From assembly GCA_002346525.1 (NCBI GenBank), contig DDZY01000037.1, forward strand, positions 1 to 35,834: a DNA stretch of 35,834 nt, given 5' to 3'. Position numbers and translations under genes: made by a program. Of the stretch, positions 17,718-28,155 are shown in pieces (position 1 is the stretch's first letter; every line of letters begins with the position of its first letter). The notes under the pieces are model-generated. The model had not been told where the DNA came from, ran no database searches, and worked only from the letters and a program-made list of their open reading frames with translations. Origin of the DNA: Proteobacteria bacterium UBA2996. Lineage in GTDB: Bacteria; Pseudomonadota; Gammaproteobacteria; Arenicellales; UBA868.

Positions 17718-19040
17718 ATGAGTCCTGAAGAACTGATGGCCGTGATCAATGTCGTCGCGGACACCGCCATGGAGGCGTACTACTGGTGGGCGACGGCAAT
17801 AATGATTGCGATCCACGCCGGCTTCATGATGTACGAAATGGGAGCCTCAAGGGCGAAGAACGTCATGCACACGGGCGTCAAGAACATTCTTGCGTTCGCG
17901 TTCACGATCCCTGCGTTCTTCGTGGTCGGTTGGTGGGCCTACTGGGCATACCAGAGCGGCAACATCTTAATCCCCGACTGGAACCACGAGTTCGCGCAGT
18001 ACTACGTACCCTGGAGTGAAGGGATGGGGCCAAACCATCAGGACGGCGCCTCAGGCATCTTCTGGGCAGCTTTCACACTCTTTGCGATGACAACCGCTTC
18101 GATCGTTTCGGGATCAGTGATCGAGCGAATCAAAATGAGTGGTTGGCTGATTCTGGTCACTATATTTGGCGGATTTATCTGGATCGTGGGTGCCGGTTGG
18201 GGCTGGTCAACTGGTGGCTGGCTCGTCGCCAATTGGGGCTTCCGTGATGTTTGTGCGGCAGGCGTGGTGCATATGGCTGCCGGTTTCTTCGCGCTGGGCG
18301 TACTGGTAAATCTCGGTCCCCGTGAGGGCCGGTTTAATGCCGATGGCTCTGCCAATGACGTAGCGGGGCATAGTGGCCCAATGGCGGCAGCAGGACTCAT
18401 GGTCATCATCCTGGGCTTCTTCGGCTTCCTCGGTGCCTGCCTCATCTACCCGTCAGCGATGGCCGGAACTTCGGCTGACCTCGGGTGGATCAACATCTAC
18501 GGCATCAAGTCCAATCTTTCCGCCTTTGCCTTCAATACCCTGATGGGCATGGCAGGCGGCATCATGGCGGCTTGGTTCGTGACACGAGATGCGTTCTGGA
18601 TGATGGGCGGCGCCCTGAGCGGAATCATCAGTGTCGCTTCCGGAATTGATCTGTGGTATCCGGGAACCGCGTTCGCGGTTGGTGCAGTCGGCGGCCTGAT
18701 CATGCCCTACTGTCATAAGATGCTGACGAACTGGGGAATCGACGATGCCGTTGGCGCCGTTTCGGTTCATGGTTTTGTTGGAATCTGGGGCGTGATGTCC
18801 GTCGGTATTCTGCTGGGAGGCTATCCTGCACCATCAGCAGATATCCCGGAAATCAGCTTTATCGGTCAGTTAGTCGGGGCGATCTCGTTCTTCCTGCTTG
18901 GCTTCGTTCCAGGTTATGTCCTTTCCTGGATTCTGAACAAGGCAGGGCTGCTTCGATACTCTGACGCCATCCTCAAGATGGGTGTCGATAGGACTGAAGG
19001 CTCGACGGCGGCCTATCCTGACTTTCAGAAATCTGCATAA
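17718..19040 (+). CDS. amt: Amt/Mep/Rh-family transporter (ammonium or methylammonium)
   Basis: HAGFMMYEMG..RAKN, IVSGSVIER, DVCAAGVVH, LGPREGRF, DDAVGAVSVHG (twin His); many hydrophobic helices. Confidence 0.9.
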   Translation: MSPEELMAVINVVADTAMEAYYWWATAIMIAIHAGFMMYEMGASRAKNVMHTGVKNILAFAFTIPAFFVVGWWAYWAYQSGNILIPDWNHEFAQYYVPWSEGMGPNHQDGASGIFWAAFTLFAMTTASIVSGSVIERIKMSGWLILVTIFGGFIWIVGAGWGWSTGGWLVANWGFRDVCAAGVVHMAAGFFALGVLVNLGPREGRFNADGSANDVAGHSGPMAAAGLMVIILGFFGFLGACLIYPSAMAGTSADLGWINIYGIKSNLSAFAFNTLMGMAGGIMAAWFVTRDAFWMMGGALSGIISVASGIDLWYPGTAFAVGAVGGLIMPYCHKMLTNWGIDDAVGAVSVHGFVGIWGVMSVGILLGGYPAPSADIPEISFIGQLVGAISFFLLGFVPGYVLSWILNKAGLLRYSDAILKMGVDRTEGSTAAYPDFQKSA

Positions 19041-19052
19041 GGAGCACACATC

Positions 19053-19301
19053 ATGAATGTAATTAGGAAAATGAAGACTGCTGTTCTTTCAGTTGTCGCG
19101 CTAGTGCTCGGTATGACGGCCACAGCCCAGGCGGGCCTGATCAACACAAGCCCGATCGATACTTGGGAAGGTGCTGGAGCGGTACACAATAATGCCGGTG
19201 GTGGCGTCGTGCTCTGGTTCTTGATCCTGCTTGCTTTGATGCTGATCGTGATTATCTCGGCAGCCAAAGCGGAAAAAGATCACGAGCGCGAGCACGGCTA
19301 G
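19053..19301 (+). CDS. Small membrane protein co-transcribed with amt
   Basis: Strong SD AAGGAG overlapping the amt stop; signal-peptide-like N-terminus (..TATAQA), one TM helix (VVLWFLILLALMLIVIISAA), charged tail; terminator follows. Confidence 0.75.
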   Translation: MNVIRKMKTAVLSVVALVLGMTATAQAGLINTSPIDTWEGAGAVHNNAGGGVVLWFLILLALMLIVIISAAKAEKDHEREHG

Positions 19302-19347
19302 GCGCAAAATAACGTCAAGTATTTACCAATTAATTTGTACTTTGCGG

Positions 19348-19382
19348 GGCGATCTGGCGGATAACGCCAGATCGCCTTTTTT
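19348..19382 (+). terminator. Intrinsic terminator after amt operon
   Basis: Perfect 12-bp stem GGCGATCTGGCG-gataa-CGCCAGATCGCC followed by TTTTTT. Confidence 0.9.
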
Positions 19383-19439
19383 GTCTTTTTTTGAACATGC
19401 GCTTTAAACTACCCACGATTGTCTTCAGGAGTTAGTGCA

Positions 19440-21788
19440 GTGTCCGCTCACCTTCGTCCCGAAAGTACACACCCACGTGAGCCAGGCCTGTGGCGCGCCG
19501 ATCCTTATGTTGAGCGTTACGCCGTACCGCCCTGCGGTTCGGTGGTTTTTGAGTTGTCTGCGGGAGACCAAATCACGGTGACGGATCCCGAAGGTGCGCA
19601 GCCGGGAGAACTTATCGCCTTCTCACCTGACGGCCGCTGCGCCCCGGCAAGCCTGTGTGACACGGCTCCCCAAGACGCAGCAGGCTTTCAAAAAATTCTT
19701 ACCTCGAATGAACCCAGCGCCCGGCAGGTTGCAGCTGGGCTGAAGCGACGGGGTATCAGTCCTACTGATGCCAGGGCGATCCCGCTGTTTGGTTTGGAGA
19801 CCCATCCTGGATCGGCTCAACACTATACCGCCCGAGACGATATCCTCTGTGTTGTCTGCGCTCCCGGCAGTGCAATGACAGTCGATGCGCAATTCCCGCC
19901 CACTTCGCTGACAGTTCACGTAAACCGAAATTCAAATAGGGAGCTTCACGAGCCGGCTTTGCCCGAACCTTTGGCCGATCCCCGACTGGAACTTCGTATT
20001 GATAAATGCACCGCCGGCGAATATACGGTACACGCGGGTGAATACATCCAAATTATTGATGTCGCCGGCCGGGAGTGCTCCGACTTTCTTGCCTTCTGTG
20101 CCGCAGGCCTTAATCAAGGCAAAGAGCGCCATATTGACATGACCACTACCCGCACCCTGATGGGCAGCGGGTATCCCGGCCCCGGACTTTATTCAAAATA
20201 TTATGACCGCGACATGCAGCCTCTTGTGGAAGTGGTTCAAGACACCTGCGGACGTCACGATACTTTCGGCCTGGCCTGTGCGGCCAAATATTACGAGGAC
20301 CAGGGATACTTTGGTCATCCCAACTGCTCGGATAACCTGAACGCCGTTATGACGCCTTATGGCGTTAAGCCAAGACGCGGCTGGGAAGCCGTAAACTTTT
20401 TTTATAACACCGGGATCGACGACCACAACGTCCTTTTTTTGGATGAACCCTGGTCAAGGCCGGGCGATTATGTGCTTCTTAAAGCCATGACTGACCTGGT
20501 GTGCGCTTCGACAGCCTGCCCCGACGACACCAGCGCGGCCAACGGCTGGAACCCTACCGATATCCACGTTCGCATTTACACTCCGGAGAAAGCCTTTTCA
20601 CGGGCTATTGCATACAGAATGACCCCAGACGCAGAAACCCAACTGACCCGCGAGACGGGGTTTCACCCCCGCACCTCACTGCACACCCGCAGCTTCACGG
20701 AATATCGTGGATATTGGTTACCCACCGCCTTCAACAACGCAGGCGCGATTGACGAATACTGGGCATGCCGCGAGCGTGCGGTAATGATGGACTTGTCTCC
20801 GCTACGCAAGTTCGAAGTGCTTGGCCCTGATGCCGAAACACTGCTTCAGACCACGCTGACACGCAACATCCGTCGACTTTCGGTGGGGCAAGTGGCCTAT
20901 ACCGCGATGTGTTATCCGCACGGCGGGATGATTGATGATGGCACCGCATTGCGCCTCGGCCCGGATAATTTCCGCTGGATTGGCGGGGACGACTACAGCG
21001 GAATCTGGCTTCGCGAACAGGCACAAAAACTGGGGCTGAAAGCTCTGGTCAAATCATCCACTGATCAAATTCACAACGTGGCCGTACAGGGACCAAAGAG
21101 CCGGGAAATCCTGAGCGAAATTATCTGGACGCCGCCCGCGCAGACTACTGTTGAGGAACTGGAGTGGTTCCGTTTTAGCGTAGGCCGCTTGGACGACCTG
21201 AACGGTTGTCCTGTGATGGTTTCTCGAACGGGGTACACGGGCGAGCTTGGCTATGAGATCTTCTGCCATCCCAATGATGCGTCGAAGATCTGGGACGCGG
21301 TCTGGCAGGCAGGTGAACCCCATGGCTTACTGCCGCTCGGTCTGGATGCCCTCGATATGGTGCGAATTGAAGCAGGTCTCATCTTTGCTGGTTATGAATT
21401 CTGTGACCAGACAGATCCGTTTGAGGCAGGTATCGGATTTACGGTTCCCCTGAAATCTAAAGAAGATGACTTCATCGGACGCCAGGCCCTGGAGCAACGA
21501 AAAGCGAATCCCCAGCGCAAACTGGTTGGGCTTGAACTTGAGGGCAATGAACCCGCAGCCCATGGGGACTGCGTGCGTGTTGGAAGAGCGCAAATCGGCG
21601 AGGTGACCAGCGCCATGCGCTCGCCCGTGCTGAAAAAGAACATTGCCCTTTGCCGAATCAACACGATCCACTCAGAGACCGGAACAGAAGTCGAGATCGG
21701 GAAACTCGACGGTCACCAAAAACGTATTCCCGCAGTAGTCGTTCCGTTTCCGTTCTATGACCCCGAAAAGAAACGGGTGAGGGGATAA
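19440..21788 (+). CDS. tdm: Trimethylamine N-oxide demethylase (DUF1989 + GcvT-like aminomethyltransferase)
   Basis: DUF1989-type DTCGRHDTFGLAC, HPNCSDN, NFFYNT, SRPGDYVLL, TACPDD..NGWNPTDI. GcvT-like DLSPLRKFEVLGPDA, GGMIDDG, SRTGYTGELGYEI, RIEAGL, PFYDP. Likely start is the GTG at 19440 after AGGAG (track start 19419). Confidence 0.9.
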   Translation: MSAHLRPESTHPREPGLWRADPYVERYAVPPCGSVVFELSAGDQITVTDPEGAQPGELIAFSPDGRCAPASLCDTAPQDAAGFQKILTSNEPSARQVAAGLKRRGISPTDARAIPLFGLETHPGSAQHYTARDDILCVVCAPGSAMTVDAQFPPTSLTVHVNRNSNRELHEPALPEPLADPRLELRIDKCTAGEYTVHAGEYIQIIDVAGRECSDFLAFCAAGLNQGKERHIDMTTTRTLMGSGYPGPGLYSKYYDRDMQPLVEVVQDTCGRHDTFGLACAAKYYEDQGYFGHPNCSDNLNAVMTPYGVKPRRGWEAVNFFYNTGIDDHNVLFLDEPWSRPGDYVLLKAMTDLVCASTACPDDTSAANGWNPTDIHVRIYTPEKAFSRAIAYRMTPDAETQLTRETGFHPRTSLHTRSFTEYRGYWLPTAFNNAGAIDEYWACRERAVMMDLSPLRKFEVLGPDAETLLQTTLTRNIRRLSVGQVAYTAMCYPHGGMIDDGTALRLGPDNFRWIGGDDYSGIWLREQAQKLGLKALVKSSTDQIHNVAVQGPKSREILSEIIWTPPAQTTVEELEWFRFSVGRLDDLNGCPVMVSRTGYTGELGYEIFCHPNDASKIWDAVWQAGEPHGLLPLGLDALDMVRIEAGLIFAGYEFCDQTDPFEAGIGFTVPLKSKEDDFIGRQALEQRKANPQRKLVGLELEGNEPAAHGDCVRVGRAQIGEVTSAMRSPVLKKNIALCRINTIHSETGTEVEIGKLDGHQKRIPAVVVPFPFYDPEKKRVRG

Positions 21789-22154
21789 ACCCGAGTCCAC
21801 TGTCGGTTTCTGGATGCGCCTCTGTTGCCTCCTGCGCTGTATCACCCTTATCGATCCGGTATCGCCATAAGATTGGCGGGAAATTAGGGCTTTTGGGTAA
21901 TTTTTACCCGAAATCGGCTAATACGCCCAAAAGCAGATAATTGGTGTATTTTTGGTTGTGGGTCTGCAGATTCAAGTGTCCTACACTTGTTCGTGTGGTC
22001 CGTTGTTTAACCATCCCTGAGGGTGTCTAATAGAGAGACCCAAATCAGTCTTCGGCATGACTGAAGGCGGTGATGCCGCAGTTTGAGTTGCGGCAGCATA
22101 GCTTAGGGTTAAACAAGGATGCATACAAAATAATCTTTTCAACGGAGGAGTATT

Positions 22155-23114
22155 ATGAAGTTAATCAAGACGAGATCAATCCGGCAGTTGGTAGCAGGAG
22201 CACTCGTTGCCGGTCTGTCGTTCACCGGTGTCGCCCAGGCGGCCGACAGCACCAAACCGATCGTGATCCCGATCCACAACTGGTCAAGCCAAGTGGTCAT
22301 GGCCTATGTGATCGGAGGTATCTTCGAATCGATGGGCAACAACGTCGAGTATGTGCCTGCCGATACGCAGGCTGTGTATGAATCCATTCGTAACGGCGAC
22401 GTCACTATCTCGCACGAAGTATGGCAATCCACCTTCGGCAAGTCCTTCTACAATGCGATGGCTAAAGGCGGCGTAATCGACGCCGGAACCCATACAGCTT
22501 TAACGCTTGAAGAGGTCGGCGTACCGCAGTGGGTAATCGACAAAAATCTGTGTCCCGGACTGCCTGACTACAAGGCGCTCCTCAACTGCGCAGACGTCTT
22601 CTCTACTCCGGATTCCGGCGGCAAGGGCCGAATCCTGGAAGGACCGCAAAGCTGGCACGGCCAGGAATACCCGGACCGTGTTGAAGCCCTGCTAGGCGAT
22701 AACTGGGTCGTCAAGTTCGCCGGTGGTGCAGATGCACTCTGGGCCGAACTCGCTGCTGCGAAAAAAGAGGGGCGGGGTACTATCATCTTTAACTGGACCC
22801 CGAACTTTACCGATGCCGATGGCTTTGTCTTTATCGAGTGGCCACCGTACTACCCGGGTTGTCGTAAGCAAGATGGTGGTGACAGCAAGTGCGGATCACC
22901 GAAAGGCTGGCTGAAGAAAGCAGCCTATTACAAGTTCCCCAAGACCCATCCGGCAGCCTACATGGCCTTCTCCCAGATGTCTTTCAATGCCGGTCAGATC
23001 GGTTCTATGGCTGCACTGGTGGACATCGACGGCATGGATCACAAGGACGCTGCCAAGAAATGGCTTGCTGACAACGAAGATGTCTGGAAGCCCTTCACTC
23101 AGGCTGGCATGTAA
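22155..23114 (+). CDS. tmoX: TMAO ABC transporter substrate-binding protein (ProX/OpuAC family)
   Basis: Signal peptide (..VAQA), PIVIPIHNWSSQ, HEVW, CPGLPD, FNWTPNF, WLKKAA; adjacent to tdm. Confidence 0.88.
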   Translation: MKLIKTRSIRQLVAGALVAGLSFTGVAQAADSTKPIVIPIHNWSSQVVMAYVIGGIFESMGNNVEYVPADTQAVYESIRNGDVTISHEVWQSTFGKSFYNAMAKGGVIDAGTHTALTLEEVGVPQWVIDKNLCPGLPDYKALLNCADVFSTPDSGGKGRILEGPQSWHGQEYPDRVEALLGDNWVVKFAGGADALWAELAAAKKEGRGTIIFNWTPNFTDADGFVFIEWPPYYPGCRKQDGGDSKCGSPKGWLKKAAYYKFPKTHPAAYMAFSQMSFNAGQIGSMAALVDIDGMDHKDAAKKWLADNEDVWKPFTQAGM

Positions 23115-23140
23115 GAGCGCTACGTAGCTCGAACTACCTC

Positions 23141-23184
23141 AAAACCCCTCCCTCGCCGTTGGTTGCAAGGGAGGGGTTTTTTTT
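23141..23184 (+). terminator. Terminator-like hairpin between tmoX and tmoW
   Basis: AAAACCCCTCCCT...AGGGAGGGGTTTT followed by TTTT; commonly found after substrate-binding-protein genes. Confidence 0.8.
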
Positions 23185-23251
23185 CAATATAATGGGTTGC
23201 AGAGCCATCAGCTTCAGCGGCTCAACCGAAAGAACTTACCGGAAAGTTGTG

Positions 23252-24307
23252 ATGCCTGAGGACGCCACCGCCAACCATCCCTCGGAATCGGTCATCCGAT
23301 GCGAATCTGTCTACAAGATCTTTGGGGATAACGCCAAGAAGCTGTTGGAGGCCTCCGACGGACAGGTCACCGACCCAAAGGCTTTCCAGGAAGCCGGCTG
23401 TATCGTCGGCGTCAACAACGCCTGCTTTGAAGTCGCCGAAGGCGAAAAACTGGTCATCATGGGCCTGTCGGGCTCAGGCAAGTCGACCCTGCTGCGCTGC
23501 ATCTCCCGCTTGACGGATGCGACGGCCGGACGCATCTTTGTAGACGGAGAGGATCTGCTGGCGATGAACAGTAAACAGTTGATCGAGCTTCGTCGCGAGA
23601 AGATGGGTATGGTGTTTCAGAGTTTTGCCCTTTTACCGCACAAAACCGTTCTGGAAAATATTGCTTTCCCGCTTCAGGTGAAGGGTATAAGCACAAAGTC
23701 CAGCATCGAAAAGGCCATCGACATGGTTAGACTTGTCGGATTGGACAGTCGGGAGAATTATTTTCCCCGGGAACTCTCAGGCGGACAGCAGCAACGCGTG
23801 GGTATCGCGCGGTCACTCGCGGTCGAACCAGATATCTGGTTTCTCGATGAACCCTTCTCGGCGCTCGATCCTTTGATCCGAAAGGAAATGCAGGATGAGT
23901 TCCTGAGACTGCAGAGTGTGCTGAACAAAACGATTCTTTTTGTGACCCATGACTTTGACGAAGCCCTGAGACTTGCGGACCGAATCGCCATCATGAAGGA
24001 TGGCGTTATCGAACAACTCGATACCCCTGCCAACATCGTGCTGGATCCCGCGACCGAGTATGTACGCAAGTTCACACAGGATGTCCCCCGCGAGAAAGTG
24101 CTGAAGATTGAATCGGTGATGGACCCCATCGAGCCGGGCACTCAAATGAGCGATCTCAAAGTGTCCAAAGATGCGATCATCGAAACGGTTGCCGAGGCAG
24201 TTCTAAGTGAGCCGAGGCCCGTGCCGGTCATTAACGACCAGAATGATGTCGTCGGCTGCGTAAAACCCTCTCACGTGATCCATACACTTTTCGGCAGTCG
24301 TCACTAG
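23252..24307 (+). CDS. tmoW: TMAO/betaine-type ABC transporter ATPase (ProV-like)
   Basis: GLSGSGKST, MVFQSFAL, LSGGQQQRV, FLDEPFSALDPLIR, FVTHD. Start placed at the ATG at 23252 because the longer track start lies inside the hairpin. Confidence 0.88.
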   Translation: MPEDATANHPSESVIRCESVYKIFGDNAKKLLEASDGQVTDPKAFQEAGCIVGVNNACFEVAEGEKLVIMGLSGSGKSTLLRCISRLTDATAGRIFVDGEDLLAMNSKQLIELRREKMGMVFQSFALLPHKTVLENIAFPLQVKGISTKSSIEKAIDMVRLVGLDSRENYFPRELSGGQQQRVGIARSLAVEPDIWFLDEPFSALDPLIRKEMQDEFLRLQSVLNKTILFVTHDFDEALRLADRIAIMKDGVIEQLDTPANIVLDPATEYVRKFTQDVPREKVLKIESVMDPIEPGTQMSDLKVSKDAIIETVAEAVLSEPRPVPVINDQNDVVGCVKPSHVIHTLFGSRH

Positions 24308-24326
24308 ATCCTCGCCGATTCTCCCT

Positions 24327-26399
24327 TTGCCCGTGGGTCATACTAACTTTCATCTATCTCCCAAGGTTCTGCAGTTTCTGGGCCTATTGGCTGCGTTCTG
24401 GGCACTTTGTGTCTTCATTGAGCCCGATGAGGAAAACTGGCTCTGGAGGCTACCGTCGCTGATTGCCGGCCTCCCGTTATTAATCAATAACTCGGTCGAC
24501 TACTTGATGTACGAGTGGATGCCAATATCGGTATGGGATCCCGAGATCGAGGAGTACGAAGACAAACCTCTATTCAAGGAAATTACCCGATCCATTTCAG
24601 CGGGTCTGCTGTTCCTGATTCACCTCGTCCGCGAGGTATTTCTGGGCGGTACCAAAACCATTGTTGCCTTCACCAGTTGGGACTTTGTCACTGAAAACCC
24701 CTGGGCTCAGGTCCCCGCTCTGCCGTGGACAGTGGTGACTGCAGGAGCAATCCTGCTGGGCTACAAACTCAAAGGAGCCGGGCTTGCAACGATGACCGGA
24801 GCCGGCCTCATCTATATAGCCTTGTTCGGACAGTGGGAGCCTTCGATGGAGACGCTCTCATTCGTTCTGATCGCCGCGCCGATATCGGTCGTACTCGGCC
24901 TGGCCTTTGGAATCTGGGCGTACAAGAGTCCTGCCGTCGAAACTACCCTTCAACCGCTCCTCAACGTTGCACAGATCGTTCCGCACTTTTCCTACCTTGT
25001 TCCGGTGATGGTGTTTTTCGGCATCGGCGACCACGCTGGCGCGATTGCCACAATCATCTTTGCTACCCCACCGATGGTACGGCTGACGGTTCTGGGATTG
25101 AAAAACGTTTCCCCCGAGGTCCTGGAGTCGGGGATGATGAGCGGATGCAGCAGCTTCCAGCTGCTCTTCAAGGTGCTCATACCGACGGCTCGGCGGGATA
25201 TTCTGATCGGTGTAAACCAGGTCATCATGCAGTGCCTTGCCATGGCGGTGATCGCCTCGTTCATCGGCGCAAAGGGCCTGGGATACAACCTGCTTCTGGC
25301 GCTGAATGGCCTGAGGATCGGCAAAGCCCTCGAGCAGGGAATCTGTATCGTGCTGATTGCGGTAGTTCTGGATCGGCTGTCACTCGCCTGGGCGAACAAG
25401 CAGACGGATTACTTTGCTGACTTGAACTTCATGCGCCGGTACAAATACTCGCTGCTCTTTGGGCTGGTATTTCTGGTTGGGGTTGTCCTGGCTTATCTCG
25501 GTACTTTCTGCTTCCGGGATGGGTTCAACTACTTGTACATGATCCCGCACAACAAGGGATTCACCACCGAACAATTCTGGCAGGCCGGTGTGGACTGGAT
25601 CTGGGACACGTTCTTTTTCAGCCTTAAGGCGTTCAACGTGTTCCTGATCACACAGATTCTGATGCCCATGAAGAGCGCATATCTCAGTATGCCTGTCGCA
25701 GCAACACTGCTTCTGGTGGTGGGGACCGCGTACATCGTCACCGGGCTCCGCTCAGCGATCTTCGTTGCCGGATTTGTGCTCTTTATTGCGCTCACCGAGT
25801 GGTGGGATCGGGCGTTGATCACAACCTACATCATGAGTGCTTCTGTGATTATCTCAGGCATCATCGGTATCACCGTAGGTACTTTGGCGGCCCAACATCC
25901 GGTCGCTGCGAGGTCCATGCTCCTGATCTGTGACACCTTCCAGACTTTCCCGTCGTTTATTTACCTGATCCCTGTCATCATGCTGTTCGGGGTAACCGAT
26001 ACGTCAGTGCTGATTGCTGTCGTGGTTTACGCCACCATCCCGGCCACGCGGTACACAATTGCCGGCCTGCAGAGCGTCCCACCCTCTCTCCACGACGCGG
26101 GATCAATGTCGGGTGTGAACCGGATTCAGCGCTGGCTGAAAATTGAACTGCCCATGTCCTTTCCGCACATCGCGCTCGGTATTAATCAGACCGTGGTTTT
26201 TGCACTATCCATGGTGATCATCGGTGCCATGATCGGCACCGATGATCTTGGGCAGTTCATTCTGAAGGCACTGTCAGATAAGAACGGCACTGGTAATGGG
26301 CTGGTGCTAGGGCTGTGCGTGGCGTTTATCGGACTCGCGATTGACCAGGTCCTGCGCACTTGGGCAAACGAGCGCAAGAAAGCGCTGGGGTTAGCCTAG
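24327..26399 (+). CDS. tmoV: ABC transporter permease with two fused ProW-like domains
   Basis: Two repeats: Q.vPhFsYLvPV..FG / QTFPSFIYLIPVIMLFG, and GVNQVIM / GINQTVV, each with EAA-like loops. Confidence 0.88.
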   Translation: MPVGHTNFHLSPKVLQFLGLLAAFWALCVFIEPDEENWLWRLPSLIAGLPLLINNSVDYLMYEWMPISVWDPEIEEYEDKPLFKEITRSISAGLLFLIHLVREVFLGGTKTIVAFTSWDFVTENPWAQVPALPWTVVTAGAILLGYKLKGAGLATMTGAGLIYIALFGQWEPSMETLSFVLIAAPISVVLGLAFGIWAYKSPAVETTLQPLLNVAQIVPHFSYLVPVMVFFGIGDHAGAIATIIFATPPMVRLTVLGLKNVSPEVLESGMMSGCSSFQLLFKVLIPTARRDILIGVNQVIMQCLAMAVIASFIGAKGLGYNLLLALNGLRIGKALEQGICIVLIAVVLDRLSLAWANKQTDYFADLNFMRRYKYSLLFGLVFLVGVVLAYLGTFCFRDGFNYLYMIPHNKGFTTEQFWQAGVDWIWDTFFFSLKAFNVFLITQILMPMKSAYLSMPVAATLLLVVGTAYIVTGLRSAIFVAGFVLFIALTEWWDRALITTYIMSASVIISGIIGITVGTLAAQHPVAARSMLLICDTFQTFPSFIYLIPVIMLFGVTDTSVLIAVVVYATIPATRYTIAGLQSVPPSLHDAGSMSGVNRIQRWLKIELPMSFPHIALGINQTVVFALSMVIIGAMIGTDDLGQFILKALSDKNGTGNGLVLGLCVAFIGLAIDQVLRTWANERKKALGLA

Positions 26400-26452
26400 T
26401 CTGATAACAACAACTGTTAGGCGAGTTGCGGCCATCACCCGGCCGCACCCCG

Positions 26453-28129
26453 TCAGAACAGCCCTTCTATCTCGCCCTCATCATTGACGAAAATGCTGTT
26501 GGCTGCCGGCACTCTAGGCAGTCCTGGCATGGTCATGATCTCGCCACAGATCGCGACCACAAATTCCGCGCCCGCAGAAAGTCGCAGTTCGCGGATGGGG
26601 ACCGCATGTCCACTGGGTGCACCCAGCAGGTTCGGATCCGTTGAGAAGCTGTACTGCGTTTTCGCCATGCAGACGGGGAAGTGGCTGTAGCGCTCCTCAA
26701 AGTCTTCAAACTGACTCAGGACTTTTTTGTCAGCAATAATGTCTTCAGCGCCATAGATGGATCTCGCCACGGTTCGTACCTTTTCCCATAACGACAGCTG
26801 ATCGTCATAGAGTGGTCGGAACTGTGAGTTGGAGGAATCGGCCAGGGCGGCGACGTGCTCTGCGAGTTGCTCCGTCCCGGCGCCGCCATCTGCCCAATGA
26901 CTGCATTCGAACACCTCGGCACCAAACTCCTTGCAGTAGGCACGAATCGCATCAATCTCAGCCGGGGTGTCCGATACAAACTTGTTGATCGCCACTACAG
27001 CCGGAACCCCGAACTGCTCAATGTTACGAAGGTGGCGGCCAAGATTCTCAAGACCATCTACCAGCGCGGTAACGTTCTCGGTATTGAGATCGGCCTTGGC
27101 CACCCCGCCGTGCATCTTTAAGGCCCGAGCTGTTGCTACCAGCACCACGGCATCCGGCGTGAGGCCCGCTTTTCGGCATTTGATATTGAAGAATTTCTCC
27201 GCGCCGAGATCCGCTCCGAAACCCGCCTCAGTCACAACGTAGTCGGAGAGTTTGAGCGCCGTCTTGGTTGCGCGCACCGAGTTGCAGCCGTGAGCAATAT
27301 TGGCAAATGGCCCGCCATGAATAATGGCCGGGTTATTCTCCAAAGTCTGAACTAGATTTGGCATAAAAGCATCGCGCAGCAATGCTGTCATCGGGCCCTC
27401 AGCCTTAAGATCCCGGGCATGAATCGGCTCGCGCGTCCGCGTATACCCCACAATAATGTTGCCCAGACGGCGTTGCAGGTCGGAAAGATCCTCAGCCAGA
27501 CAGAAGATCGCCATGATCTCCGAAGCAACAGTGATATCAAAGCCACCTTCACGGGGAAACCCATTCGCCACGCCGCCAAGCGCCACTGTGATCTGGCGAA
27601 GCGCGCGGTCATTCATATCCACTACACGGCGCCAGGTCACCCTGCGTTGATCGATGCCGAGCTCATTACTCCAGTAGATATGATTTTCGACCAAGGCAGA
27701 CAGTAAGTTGTGCGCCGCACCGATAGCATGGAAATCTCCCGTAAAGTGAAGGTTGATATCCTCCATTGGAACCACCTGCGCATAACCCCCTCCGGCAGCG
27801 CCCCCTTTCATTCCAAAACACGGCCCAAGCGATGGCTCACGAAGGCAGATCAGCGCTTTTTTACCGATGCGGTTTAACCCATCGCCGAGCCCAACAGTCG
27901 TGGTCGTCTTGCCCTCCCCTGCTGGCGTCGGCGAGATCGCCGTCACCAGGATCAACTTACCATCGGCACGGTCAGACAGCGATTCGATGAACTGATTGCT
28001 GATCTTGGCCTTGGTGGGGCCATAGGGCAGTAGTGAGTCGGAGGGTATATCGAGCTTATCTCCAATCTCTCCGATGGGCTGGGTTGCCGCTACGCGCGCA
28101 ATCTCAATATCACTGGGTACGGTTTTCAT
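26453..28129 (-). CDS. fhs: Formate--tetrahydrofolate ligase
   Basis: [62 protein letters not shown]. Start MKTVPSD at 28129 after AAGGAGAG gives 558 aa. Confidence 0.97.
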   Translation of the reverse strand: MKTVPSDIEIARVAATQPIGEIGDKLDIPSDSLLPYGPTKAKISNQFIESLSDRADGKLILVTAISPTPAGEGKTTTTVGLGDGLNRIGKKALICLREPSLGPCFGMKGGAAGGGYAQVVPMEDINLHFTGDFHAIGAAHNLLSALVENHIYWSNELGIDQRRVTWRRVVDMNDRALRQITVALGGVANGFPREGGFDITVASEIMAIFCLAEDLSDLQRRLGNIIVGYTRTREPIHARDLKAEGPMTALLRDAFMPNLVQTLENNPAIIHGGPFANIAHGCNSVRATKTALKLSDYVVTEAGFGADLGAEKFFNIKCRKAGLTPDAVVLVATARALKMHGGVAKADLNTENVTALVDGLENLGRHLRNIEQFGVPAVVAINKFVSDTPAEIDAIRAYCKEFGAEVFECSHWADGGAGTEQLAEHVAALADSSNSQFRPLYDDQLSLWEKVRTVARSIYGAEDIIADKKVLSQFEDFEERYSHFPVCMAKTQYSFSTDPNLLGAPSGHAVPIRELRLSAGAEFVVAICGEIMTMPGLPRVPAANSIFVNDEGEIEGLF

Positions 28130-28155
28130 GACTCTCCTTTGGCTCATCTGATTTA

